Of a stretch of 64,000 bases of DNA, positions 1 to 9,488 are shown in pieces. Location of the stretch: the IMG/VR virus record IMGVR_UViG_3300043394_000609; one strand, written 5' to 3'. Origin of the DNA: a virus. Its lineage: Duplodnaviria > Caudoviricetes. Under the pieces are notes generated by a model. That model was not told the DNA's origin and did no database searches. It was given only the letters and a program-made list of their open reading frames with translations. Position numbers and translations under genes: made by a program. Numbering within the stretch: position 1 is the first letter of the stretch; each line of letters starts with the position of its first letter.

Positions 1-53
1 GTCACCGTCAACTAATAGTACGGACATTTGATTTTTTTTATATGTTAAACACT

Positions 54-1040
54 CTATTCTTCAAAAACATTGGCAGATTCTGATAACTCAATTTCACCAT
101 CACCAGAACCAGAAAGAACACCATTCCAATATTCAGAATATTCTTTCTTGTAAGAGTCTAACGATTCTTTTGTATCAGCAATATACCCTTGTGGTACCGC
201 AATGATTTTACCGTCTTTAAACGCTAAACCATTTACGTGGTTTTTCAAGATCGATACTTTGGTTCTAGTCGCAAACGCCACTTTTCTACCATTTTTAACA
301 GCATCAATATGATTAATACCGGCTTTCTTTTGATTACCAAATAAAAACACTAATGATGATGCTAACCATAATGCCTCACCACCTTTTGCTTTAATTTCTG
401 GTTGGCCAAATGGATTATCCGGTAATTCAACCCATGGTTGATTAACAACTACCATAGTATTGTAATATGGGTAATCTTCTTTTTTAGACTTAGAGATTCT
501 AGAGTGAACACCCATACCGATTTTATCTGCTAATGTAGATGCGTTATGTTGTTTACCACCTTTACCATCATATGTCATTTTACATGGAATTGACCCAACT
601 GAATCCCATACGAATAAAATTGATTGTTCAATATCACCTTTTTCTTGTGCATCTAAAACATCATTAATAAATTCAGTTGCTTGTTCGATGTAATCAAACC
701 CATCATTAAAGATGAAGTCCCCATCCCATTCGCCGTTAGCATCTTTGGTTGCTTGTAACCCCAATTGAACAGCATGTTCCCAATCCCATTTTTTCTCAGT
801 AATAATGAAAACTGGTAAATGTCCTTTCTTTTGTGCATCAGCAGCCGCCAAAATCATTGCAGTTGTTTTAGAAGTATTCGAATGCCCTAAGAACATATTA
901 ATACCCCCCATAACTGGGCCTGGCATACCGCAAGCATCTAAAAATGCTTGACCACAATTGTAAAAATTAGTTTCTTTGTACTTTGTTTTAGTGGAGAACT
1001 TATCTTTGATCGCACTAAAATCTTTCTTTTTGATTGCCAT
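54..1040 (-). CDS. uvsX: RecA/UvsX-like recombinase
   Basis: Walker A-like GHSNTSKTT, Walker B-like FVWDSVGS, VVVNQ and GGEAL motifs of the RecA family; adjacent to the SSB gene. Confidence 0.85.
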   Translation of the reverse strand: MAIKKKDFSAIKDKFSTKTKYKETNFYNCGQAFLDACGMPGPVMGGINMFLGHSNTSKTTAMILAAADAQKKGHLPVFIITEKKWDWEHAVQLGLQATKDANGEWDGDFIFNDGFDYIEQATEFINDVLDAQEKGDIEQSILFVWDSVGSIPCKMTYDGKGGKQHNASTLADKIGMGVHSRISKSKKEDYPYYNTMVVVNQPWVELPDNPFGQPEIKAKGGEALWLASSLVFLFGNQKKAGINHIDAVKNGRKVAFATRTKVSILKNHVNGLAFKDGKIIAVPQGYIADTKESLDSYKKEYSEYWNGVLSGSGDGEIELSESANVFEE

Positions 1041-1056
1041 TTATTTCATTTGATTT

Positions 1057-1092
1057 AAAAAAATGTATGGCATCAATTAAGACACCATACAT
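1057..1092 (-). terminator. Intrinsic terminator downstream of the SSB gene
   Basis: Minus strand ATGTATGGTGTC-TTAATT-GATGCCATACAT followed by a T run. Confidence 0.7.
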
Positions 1093-1106
1093 ACATTATT
1101 ATTTTT

Positions 1107-2018
1107 TTAGAATGGAAGATCATCATCTTCTGGTTCCTCAAATTGAGGATCAACAACCGGAACAAAAGCCGGTGTCGTATTCATTGGTAATGAACCCTCT
1201 TTAACTGAAGGTGAACTAGGCGATTGTGTCATTCCAATATCGGCACTTTCTTCGTCACCACCACCCCATGATTTAGTTTCACTGTTCCATTTAGGAACAA
1301 TTCCTTGAGCAACTAATCTCAAGTATTCAACTGGTTTTTTTGCATAAACATCTTCCCAAGTTGTTGCGTCATTAATCCATTCTGCTTGTTGTACTGGATT
1401 ACTACTTAATGGTGCGGCATCATCTGGGAAAATAGATGTGATAGTTGTGTATTCACCACCGTTTGGTTTTTTAGACAAATTCATTGATATGATCAAGTCA
1501 CGTCCATTATCAGCGTTTGTTACATCACCTTTGATTTTCCAAAGTGCTACGATCTTATCTAAGATACCATCGTTTTTAGAACTATGTTTAAATCTCCAGT
1601 ATTTTACACCGTCTTGTTCGTTATCACGATCAATAACTTTTACTACATAAAACTTTCTTGGTCTATAACCGTAAGAAAGTAATTTATCTGATTCCACTCC
1701 GGTATTCTGAAGTGAACGATAAACATCGTTTAATGGTGATTCAACTCCTTGAATTTTACCGTTTTGTGCTGGGTCATATAACTTAACCCATTTTCCATCT
1801 ACTTGAATTTCATGGAAAAATACTTCTACAAATGGGCTACCCCCTTCTTTTGGTGGAATAATACGTACTCGTTTATCCCCTGATGCGCTACCTTTAGGTA
1901 AAATAGGCGCAAAATACCTTTTCAAACGGTCTTCACTGCTAATGTTTTGTTTAGCACTGTTACCTTGAGTGTTTTTCTCGTATTGTGCTAATACGGATAA
2001 TGTTGTTGCATCTTGCAT
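1107..2018 (-). CDS. T4 gp32-like single-stranded DNA-binding protein
   Basis: VRIIP..PFVEVFFH, VKVIDRD and GRDLII pattern; acidic C-terminal tail ending DDDLPF. Confidence 0.8.
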   Translation of the reverse strand: MQDATTLSVLAQYEKNTQGNSAKQNISSEDRLKRYFAPILPKGSASGDKRVRIIPPKEGGSPFVEVFFHEIQVDGKWVKLYDPAQNGKIQGVESPLNDVYRSLQNTGVESDKLLSYGYRPRKFYVVKVIDRDNEQDGVKYWRFKHSSKNDGILDKIVALWKIKGDVTNADNGRDLIISMNLSKKPNGGEYTTITSIFPDDAAPLSSNPVQQAEWINDATTWEDVYAKKPVEYLRLVAQGIVPKWNSETKSWGGGDEESADIGMTQSPSSPSVKEGSLPMNTTPAFVPVVDPQFEEPEDDDLPF

Positions 2019-2056
2019 AATTTTTGTTTTTTAAATTAATAAATTACTTTGAACAA

Positions 2057-2064
2057 CAAATGTA
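2057..2064 (-). promoter_or_regulatory. Bacteroidota-type -7 element (TACATTTG) upstream of SSB
   Basis: Matches TAnnTTTG, immediately after an upstream terminator; no clear TTTG -33 element. Confidence 0.55.
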
Positions 2065-2067
2065 CAT

Positions 2068-2097
2068 AAAAAAAACCGAATTAAGAAATCCGGTTTA
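2068..2097 (-). terminator. Intrinsic terminator
   Basis: Minus strand AAACCGGATT-TCTT-AATTCGGTTT followed by a T run. Confidence 0.7.
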
Positions 2098-2128
2098 AAG
2101 TTTTTTTAAAAAAGTTTTAAATAAAGCA

Positions 2129-2503
2129 CTAATCTAGTGTTAATAGATATGCTAATTTATTTGTTTTACCTAATATTTCATCTCTAAGATTTAATAGATC
2201 GGTATCTTTTTGTTGGTCTAACTCATCAGTTAACGACCATAATTTACTTTTAAAATCTTGTAAAAAATCCACAACATTTACATCTTTTAAGTTTTGATAC
2301 GTAATTGTGTTTGTTTGACCATCCACAACAAATCTACCCCATTTACCCATTGCGGTTTCAACATACTCATCAATTAAACCATCTAATTGTTCGTACATAT
2401 CACCAAACGCCATGTGTCTAGCATAACCTTTAGTTTGCCAATGTAAAATCTTAAATTGAATTTGTGCCTGTAATAAGGCGTTTACTTTAATACTGAGATT
2501 CAT
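2129..2503 (-). CDS. Dps/ferritin-like four-helix protein (phage DUF5856-like)
   Basis: HWQTKG..RH.AFGDMYEQL...IDEYVE resembles the Dps ferroxidase-site signature. Confidence 0.7.
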   Translation of the reverse strand: MNLSIKVNALLQAQIQFKILHWQTKGYARHMAFGDMYEQLDGLIDEYVETAMGKWGRFVVDGQTNTITYQNLKDVNVVDFLQDFKSKLWSLTDELDQQKDTDLLNLRDEILGKTNKLAYLLTLD

Positions 2504-3134
2504 CGTTTAATGGATTAAATGTGTTTTCGATTTCGTCTTTAGAATAATTCTCGATATCATTTTTAGTTAATATGTATTCATTCTTACCACTAGCTCTCAT
2601 TTCACCTTGTTTTTGAGCGAAGAATTCTTGCGGTTTTTGATTGAATGGATATGAATCTAAAGATCTCATTTCTAGTTTTTCAACCTCTGTTTTAGGTTTT
2701 GACGCTTCAATTGTAGCACCTAACTGATCAATTTTAGAGATAATACCATCCATTTGAGATAGTTTTTGTTCTAATTCACCTAGTCTTGAGAATACGTCAT
2801 CCATTTTCTGGATCACCGCGCTATTTTCACCTTTACTACTTTCTAGATCGTTTTTAATGTTTTTTGTCATGTTAACTAAATCCGTAACATCAACTTCTTC
2901 TGTACTACCTTCTTCAGGTTCACCAATAGTATCTGGTGCAGCAGCATCCATAGGCGCATCCATAGAAGGATCCATTGCAGCATCGTCAGTTGGTTCTGGT
3001 AATGCTGGTAATGTTTCATCAGCTGGTTCAGCTGGTGGTACAGGTAATTCTTGCTCAGTAATATATAAACTACTTGCATTTCTGTTAATAGATTTATATC
3101 TATTGATTTCGTTTAAAAGTTTTTCTTCTAACAT
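2487..3134 (-). CDS. Hypothetical protein, probably head-associated (acidic Pro-rich linker plus coiled coil)
   Basis: 215-aa ORF; N-terminal LLNEINRYK and YITEQ motifs; in a late-motif operon. Confidence 0.7.
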   Translation of the reverse strand: MLEEKLLNEINRYKSINRNASSLYITEQELPVPPAEPADETLPALPEPTDDAAMDPSMDAPMDAAAPDTIGEPEEGSTEEVDVTDLVNMTKNIKNDLESSKGENSAVIQKMDDVFSRLGELEQKLSQMDGIISKIDQLGATIEASKPKTEVEKLEMRSLDSYPFNQKPQEFFAQKQGEMRASGKNEYILTKNDIENYSKDEIENTFNPLNDESQY

Positions 3135-3138
3135 GGTT

Positions 3139-3342
3139 TTAGTCTTGTAATAGTTGTCTACCGTCTTCGGTAATGTATTTTTTATTTATTCTTTCAACAA
3201 TGCCGTCTTTACTTTTAATTGTATAGCATTCTCCTGTTTGTAAATCACAAACTTCTTCTTCTTTTCCATCTTGTGACATTTTCTTAACCGTATTTGGTTT
3301 TAAGAAACTATCCAATGAGTTGTTTAATCTATTATTTTCCAT
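3139..3342 (-). CDS. Small hypothetical late protein (CDLQTGEC motif)
   Basis: 67-aa ORF directly downstream of the late motif at 3361. Confidence 0.65.
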   Translation of the reverse strand: MENNRLNNSLDSFLKPNTVKKMSQDGKEEEVCDLQTGECYTIKSKDGIVERINKKYITEDGRQLLQD

Positions 3343-3360
3343 AGTTTTATAATATATTAC

Positions 3361-3368
3361 TATAAATA
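3361..3368 (-). promoter_or_regulatory. Putative late promoter TATTTATA
   Basis: Recurrent motif upstream of virion genes. Confidence 0.65.
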
Positions 3369-3387
3369 TCCAGGTTTTTGCTAATTT

Positions 3388-6300
3388 TTATTTTAATTTA
3401 AAATAAACTACATCACCTTCATTTAATTTTAGTTTTTTCATAAGTCTAGCATTCATAGCTAAACCAGCATTTTTATCATTTGCACCAGGTCCATTATGCA
3501 CAGCACCATCGTATTTACCCGTTGTTGAATTAATATTTGAAGCCAACTCATAACTGTGACCCGTTTTAGGGTTAACAAAAAACGTTGTTAAATTCGATAA
3601 TTTTTCAACATCATTTCCATTAGTTTTTAATCTAACCGAATAAAATTCATATAATGTGTTCTTAATGTCAGACCATGTTTTCATTATCTTAGGCGAATCT
3701 GTTCTGGCAGATAATATTGACATGGGAGCGGTGTCGGCAATTGGATATGTGGTATTACCCATCATTACCACTTTAGTTCTTAACCATTCTTCACCATTTC
3801 TATTTATCATTTGAATGTATTTCTCACCATTTGCACCGTTATACGGTATTAAGTCTTGATAAAACCCAGTTTTTCTAACCAATAGTCTATCAATATCTTC
3901 ACCAGCCAATGGAATTCCAGTATCAATTGTTACATTATCGGTACCTTTAAATTGATAAACTTTTTCAGTTGTTGTTTGTTTAGCATTGGGTTGTTTCTTT
4001 TTGACCGCGGCAGATAAAATTCTACTAAATAATGGGCGATAACTTGCAACAAATGAATCAGACATTTTAGGTAGACTACTATTTGCTACCCTAACACCTT
4101 TAAATGATGTTTCAATCGCGTTTCCTTTAATGTTGTGATTAACCTCAAAAATCAAATAAGTTCCTTGGAACATTGGTACATTTGAAAGATAAAAATACAT
4201 TGTTGGTTGAATCATTACGTCACCCATCATAGTAACTTCGCATTGGTATGACGCTGTTTTATAAATGTCAAATAATCCGATATCTACTTGTGTGGTACCA
4301 CCACCACTTTGTGATCTAGCTAATCTTTCTTGTGCAATAGCACTTTCAGTTGTGTTTTTATATGTTGCTTGATCCAAAGAGATACTTTTAAAAATACCTT
4401 GACCCTGATCACCAAAATTAACTTCAAATGAAACAACACGATTTGATTTAGATAAATCAGCGTCCATGAAAACTTTTGGTTCAACTAATAATGGGTTGTT
4501 ATTGGTGTCGCTAATATCAAAACTATCATTTTTAAAACGATATTCTTTACTGATTTTTTCCATATCCAAATATTTCGATGTATTACCGACGTGTTGTAAT
4601 ATGATTTTTGGTGACGACTCTTGATAATCTACTTCTAAAAACGTGCCAAATAAATTTCTTGCTAAATTTTTAGATGGGGTAATTCTTCTTTTATTACCTG
4701 AATTTGTTCCGTAAAAATTAATATAAGCCGGTAATGGTCGCATATCAAAATTAGTCCCTTGGATTAATATTGTAATTGCACTATAAAGGTCAACTTTAAC
4801 ATTCTTCTCATCCGCTAAAGAAATTAATCTATCTAAACTAATATAAGCTTCATTACCAATATCTCTATTTGCTCGATCAACAAATAGGAATTCTTCCATT
4901 AAATTTCGTTGACCAATAGCATTCCCCGAAATCCATTTATCATTAAACGATTTGAAAAATTGGTATATGTCTAACTTTAATGTTTTGTCCTCATTATATG
5001 CACTATAGATAGTAACGTCTTTTGGTTGTTTATCTTTAGATAAATTAGGAAACCTAGCAATTAACCCATTAAGAAATAAATTACGTCTATTAATCTGTGG
5101 GTAATATATGTTTTGTTTAACATAATCAACAAAAGATGTCTTTGTTGGAATAAAAGCATTAGGATTCAAATCACTATTTGCTTTAACCCAACCAGCATAA
5201 ACTCTAGCTAATTCTCTATATTCATAAATGTTTTCTTCATTAACTTCAATATCATTAACCTCAAAAAAGTTAGCATAAACATTTGATATCCAAACATAAT
5301 TTGGATCTGTAATATTTTCACCAATATAAAGTTTTATTAATTTATAGTTTTGTGGTGTTAATTGTGAAACGTCAAAATTAGGACCTACTGGTGTATTAGT
5401 ATATGCGTTAGCAAATGATGCCGTTAATCCGGTATACGAATGTTTACTAAGTTCTTTTGAACCAGCTAATTTGAATATTGCATAATTATTAATCTGTTTT
5501 GGGTTTGCAATTGTCAATCTTTTTAAGTTTTTATTAGATAATAACGTTTCAGTCATTTTTTCTAATTTTTGAACTTGAGCCTCAGATATTTTCTTATGAT
5601 AATCTTTAGAAGATAAATCAATACCAGTTTTTGGAACACTTGAAATTTCTTTCAAAATTTCTTGAAAATTATTATAGTCATGTGTTGTTGTATCTGGATT
5701 ATCTAGATTTAAATTTAACGACGCAAATTTAATAAACATCGATTCCATTTCATCCAATAACTTTGGACTAAAAGTTGCGATTAAATCAACAACTTTCTTT
5801 TTGGTACCATCAATTGTCAATACCCCTTTTTCATTTTCAAGTTTTTCCCCATATGTTGGGAAGGTTACACCACTAAAATTAACTTCAGTAGAATACTTCA
5901 TGATATCATCAAAAATGATTTTAAAAGATTCTTGTTCTACCCATTTAAATTTATCGGTACCAATGTTGAAATATTCTGTTGCACAGTTAGATGGCAATAT
6001 TGTGTATCTTGAATCTTTAACGTCAAATTTAGAATTATCAATAACCGAAGTTAGTAAAAATTCGTCACTAGTTATTGTTTGATCGAACATAATGTTATTC
6101 ACGCCGTTAGTTAATGTTCCTTCATATAAAAATGAAGATGTCATCGCATCCGTTACATCGGTCTGTGTAAATCCAGATGGGTTATAGAAACTATATCCAT
6201 TAACAATTTGATGATATACCCCATGATAATATGGGTATATACCTAAAAACTTCTGTGCCGCGGTTGTAATAAAACCTAATGAAGGATCAACCGAACTAAG

Positions 6301-9177
6301 ATTAAATGAAACATTATTACTATTATCAAAATACGTTTCAGCATCAATTGGTGTGGTTATATTAGCTAGAATGTCTACATTATCTAGTAAATATTTTTTA
6401 TAACGGTGATATATTGACCCCCATTTCAATAATAAATGATGTGGTACATAATGCGTTGAACCAACTTCTCTGAATAATGAAGACATTAAAACTGATTCAC
6501 CATTAAATGTTATTTTATCATCTAAATCTTTATATGGTAATGAATTCAATAATAGGTACGCTGAACCAACATAACGGCCATCACTACCACCTTTTAGGAA
6601 ATCATTGAATAATTGTTTGTGGAAATACGGCGTATTCAACATATTTCTTGTTGTACCACTAAAAACAAATTCTTTCGTGAATAAGTTTTTTACATTATTT
6701 ACGTCAACCCAAGCTTTAGCATCGATTGGTGAACTAATAAAATTACCATCTGAATTAACAGTTAATGTATTTTTAAAGTTAAAATCAGTTCTTGTTATCT
6801 TTTTACCACCAACATATGTTTTGTATAATTCACTATTAAATGGTGAAATGTTTAATCTATAATCTTCAGGTTTATATGCGTCTAAAAAACCTTGTAATTT
6901 AGTGTATGTTGCATCTTTAGTAGTTACCGTCTTAACATCGTTGTATTCTGTTATATCAAAATCAATATCAACAGATTCTTTAATATATTCTGTTGTTGGC
7001 AATCTATCTAAAAAATATGGATAACGATCATTTGGTGATGTTATTTTCATAAAATGATTCAATGATTTATCACCATTATCAACAGTTTTAATCTGTGTTG
7101 CTAATAACTCCCTGATATCAATATCATCTTGTATTGCGGAATCTAATGTTTCAAATTCTTTTTTATACAATTCATCTAATCCATTTTCATTTGTAAATGA
7201 ATCGAATGATGTCAAATATTCCGCTCTTTCAAAGATTTCATATAATACACCACTAACTGTTTTGTTTGAATATGGTATTGTATTTAAAACTTTAAATAAT
7301 GAACTAACATTACGAATTTCCTTTTTTTCAACATCATCATCAAACACAAACATGATTTCAGATGATGATATTTCTTTATTACTTAATGGATCAACTCTTT
7401 TAGTTGCAATACTATGATATGTCTCAACAAATTCAACTTCCGGCCAAACACTAAATTTTCTACCTTGAATTTCCTTTTCTATTTCAACGTCGCCAGGATA
7501 ATAATGTGTATATGTGTTTCTATCATTCGCCTTTTTCTTAACTTCTGGCCATGGGTATAAACACTCATTTTTATCATCGCTTATTTTATATTTAAGGGAT
7601 TCTTTTCTTGTTTCAGATAATCTAATTGCTTTTGTGTGAACATCTTTCATTAATCTAATGTAAGTGTCAGCATTAGCTAAAATAACAGCAAATATGTTTC
7701 TAATAGTTGGTTCGAAACCAAAACCACCTTTACTAGGGTCTTTAATGATTTCATTCATCTTAGTTTCCACATCTGTTTCAACTTTATCTCTTGCTTTAAC
7801 AAATGTATTTTGAATCTCTTTTAGTTTAGAAATTAATTTATCTATAGAAACCGCAAAACTGCCACCAGATACTTTAACAAAATCAGATGATTTAGATACT
7901 TTAGTTAAATCAATACTAAATGTCTTTATTTGTTTATTATTCTTTACATTTTTACCAAACGCACTATTCGCATCAGCTTCTTTAATAAACCCATCAATTA
8001 TTGATTGCAATGAACTATTATTAGTTGTGCCAGTAATAATATCAGCACTATTCGCACCGTTACTTGTTTTTGTTTTATCTAATGTTGCTTTATTTAATGC
8101 ATAATAATCAAACCCACCTTCACTTTCTTGTATAGTACCACTTAGATTTCTACTAGCCCAATTAATTGTTCTATTTTCAAATCTAGTTAATAAAGAATCG
8201 TATTCTGCAACATGGCTTAATACGGTAGGATCGACCGTTTCATCAAATAAGGTTTGTTCTAAAATCTTATCTAATGAATTTGCTGTCATTAATAAATCAC
8301 GTAATGTTTTATCCGGGAAATCTTGTGCAACATAACCTTTAGCACGATATTCGTCATATACCGACTTTAAAATTGAAAACCCTTTAGTTGATTTTGAAAC
8401 TTTCTTTTCAACATATCCAGTTTTTTCATTTGTTTTAAAATCATCACTTTTCTCAACCATATACATGTATGGTGCATTCATAATATTTTGAAATAAAATA
8501 TCACTTAGATAAGCATATGTTGAACCAACAAACTTGGTTGAGATTTCAAAGTTACCAGTACTACCATTAAATTTTGTTTTGAAGTCAACTAGATGTAAAC
8601 GATATCTAATTGCTTTACCAAAATAACCTTTTACTGTTAAGTAAAATACTGGCCATGGTTGATGAAAGAATGCTTTATATGGTGAATTAGCTGGTGATTC
8701 AAATAATGTTTTACCCCTAACATCTAAGAAATTAATTGATACTTGCGGTATTGAACTAGCCCCTTTGACCGATATTTGCATCGATTGAATACCAAATGTT
8801 TGTGCTGATGGATCGTATTTTTGATTATTTGTTGAACCATTGTTTGTTGTTTCTTTTGAATCTGGAACAAACACATTCGTCCAATCAGAATCAAAGTTAT
8901 TTTCAAACTCATTTTTATCCCCTTGGTTTCGCATCATATTAAATGTACCAGATGCAATTGATAATAATGTATTTTGATTGTTTTCAGAAAATAATATACT
9001 TCTAGGTACCAAATCAGCCTCTAAATTAACATAAGTAATTAAATTCTCATGATCGACTAATCTTGATTTTATTTCCCCATCTTGCGTCAATATACTATTA
9101 GGGTCAACATGTATAATATTCTGTTGATCAACCCTAACTAATATATTTTCATTTTCACCTATTGAATTATTCCCCAT
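3388..9177 (-). CDS. Very large baseplate hub-like protein (gp27/gpD-type termini with a large insertion)
   Basis: N-terminal FGIQS..PQVSINFLDVRG; C-terminal CEVTMMGDVMIQP..GTYLIFEVNHNI..TSFKGVR hub-like pattern; lies in the baseplate operon. Confidence 0.6.
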   Translation of the reverse strand: MGNNSIGENENILVRVDQQNIIHVDPNSILTQDGEIKSRLVDHENLITYVNLEADLVPRSILFSENNQNTLLSIASGTFNMMRNQGDKNEFENNFDSDWTNVFVPDSKETTNNGSTNNQKYDPSAQTFGIQSMQISVKGASSIPQVSINFLDVRGKTLFESPANSPYKAFFHQPWPVFYLTVKGYFGKAIRYRLHLVDFKTKFNGSTGNFEISTKFVGSTYAYLSDILFQNIMNAPYMYMVEKSDDFKTNEKTGYVEKKVSKSTKGFSILKSVYDEYRAKGYVAQDFPDKTLRDLLMTANSLDKILEQTLFDETVDPTVLSHVAEYDSLLTRFENRTINWASRNLSGTIQESEGGFDYYALNKATLDKTKTSNGANSADIITGTTNNSSLQSIIDGFIKEADANSAFGKNVKNNKQIKTFSIDLTKVSKSSDFVKVSGGSFAVSIDKLISKLKEIQNTFVKARDKVETDVETKMNEIIKDPSKGGFGFEPTIRNIFAVILANADTYIRLMKDVHTKAIRLSETRKESLKYKISDDKNECLYPWPEVKKKANDRNTYTHYYPGDVEIEKEIQGRKFSVWPEVEFVETYHSIATKRVDPLSNKEISSSEIMFVFDDDVEKKEIRNVSSLFKVLNTIPYSNKTVSGVLYEIFERAEYLTSFDSFTNENGLDELYKKEFETLDSAIQDDIDIRELLATQIKTVDNGDKSLNHFMKITSPNDRYPYFLDRLPTTEYIKESVDIDFDITEYNDVKTVTTKDATYTKLQGFLDAYKPEDYRLNISPFNSELYKTYVGGKKITRTDFNFKNTLTVNSDGNFISSPIDAKAWVDVNNVKNLFTKEFVFSGTTRNMLNTPYFHKQLFNDFLKGGSDGRYVGSAYLLLNSLPYKDLDDKITFNGESVLMSSLFREVGSTHYVPHHLLLKWGSIYHRYKKYLLDNVDILANITTPIDAETYFDNSNNVSFNLSSVDPSLGFITTAAQKFLGIYPYYHGVYHQIVNGYSFYNPSGFTQTDVTDAMTSSFLYEGTLTNGVNNIMFDQTITSDEFLLTSVIDNSKFDVKDSRYTILPSNCATEYFNIGTDKFKWVEQESFKIIFDDIMKYSTEVNFSGVTFPTYGEKLENEKGVLTIDGTKKKVVDLIATFSPKLLDEMESMFIKFASLNLNLDNPDTTTHDYNNFQEILKEISSVPKTGIDLSSKDYHKKISEAQVQKLEKMTETLLSNKNLKRLTIANPKQINNYAIFKLAGSKELSKHSYTGLTASFANAYTNTPVGPNFDVSQLTPQNYKLIKLYIGENITDPNYVWISNVYANFFEVNDIEVNEENIYEYRELARVYAGWVKANSDLNPNAFIPTKTSFVDYVKQNIYYPQINRRNLFLNGLIARFPNLSKDKQPKDVTIYSAYNEDKTLKLDIYQFFKSFNDKWISGNAIGQRNLMEEFLFVDRANRDIGNEAYISLDRLISLADEKNVKVDLYSAITILIQGTNFDMRPLPAYINFYGTNSGNKRRITPSKNLARNLFGTFLEVDYQESSPKIILQHVGNTSKYLDMEKISKEYRFKNDSFDISDTNNNPLLVEPKVFMDADLSKSNRVVSFEVNFGDQGQGIFKSISLDQATYKNTTESAIAQERLARSQSGGGTTQVDIGLFDIYKTASYQCEVTMMGDVMIQPTMYFYLSNVPMFQGTYLIFEVNHNIKGNAIETSFKGVRVANSSLPKMSDSFVASYRPLFSRILSAAVKKKQPNAKQTTTEKVYQFKGTDNVTIDTGIPLAGEDIDRLLVRKTGFYQDLIPYNGANGEKYIQMINRNGEEWLRTKVVMMGNTTYPIADTAPMSILSARTDSPKIMKTWSDIKNTLYEFYSVRLKTNGNDVEKLSNLTTFFVNPKTGHSYELASNINSTTGKYDGAVHNGPGANDKNAGLAMNARLMKKLKLNEGDVVYFKLK

Positions 9178-9487
9178 AATATAGTTTGTACAATTCTACG
9201 TTCTTTTTATAATCTTGTAAAGAATTAACTAAAGGAAAAGGAATCCTTAATAACGTATTATCTGGGATTTCAAACTCTAATGAACCAACTTTGGGATTCG
9301 CCAACATAATAAGCCAACCAAATAATGGTGTATTATAATGCTCTTGTGAAACTTTATCTAACCTATCCTTACCTTTTTTATATTGCATAAATTTATCACT
9401 GGACTTTGGGGGTATCTCAACCCCAGGAACTATTTTAAATTCCCCATCTTCCAAGAAAAATTCATATCTGTTAAAATATTGATTCAT
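9167..9487 (-). CDS. Baseplate wedge gp53/LysM-like protein
   Basis: DRLDKVSQEHYNTPLFGWLIMLANP..LRIP is a LysM-like tail-X/gp53 signature. Confidence 0.75.
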   Translation of the reverse strand: MNQYFNRYEFFLEDGEFKIVPGVEIPPKSSDKFMQYKKGKDRLDKVSQEHYNTPLFGWLIMLANPKVGSLEFEIPDNTLLRIPFPLVNSLQDYKKNVELYKLYYGE

Positions 9488-9488
9488 G

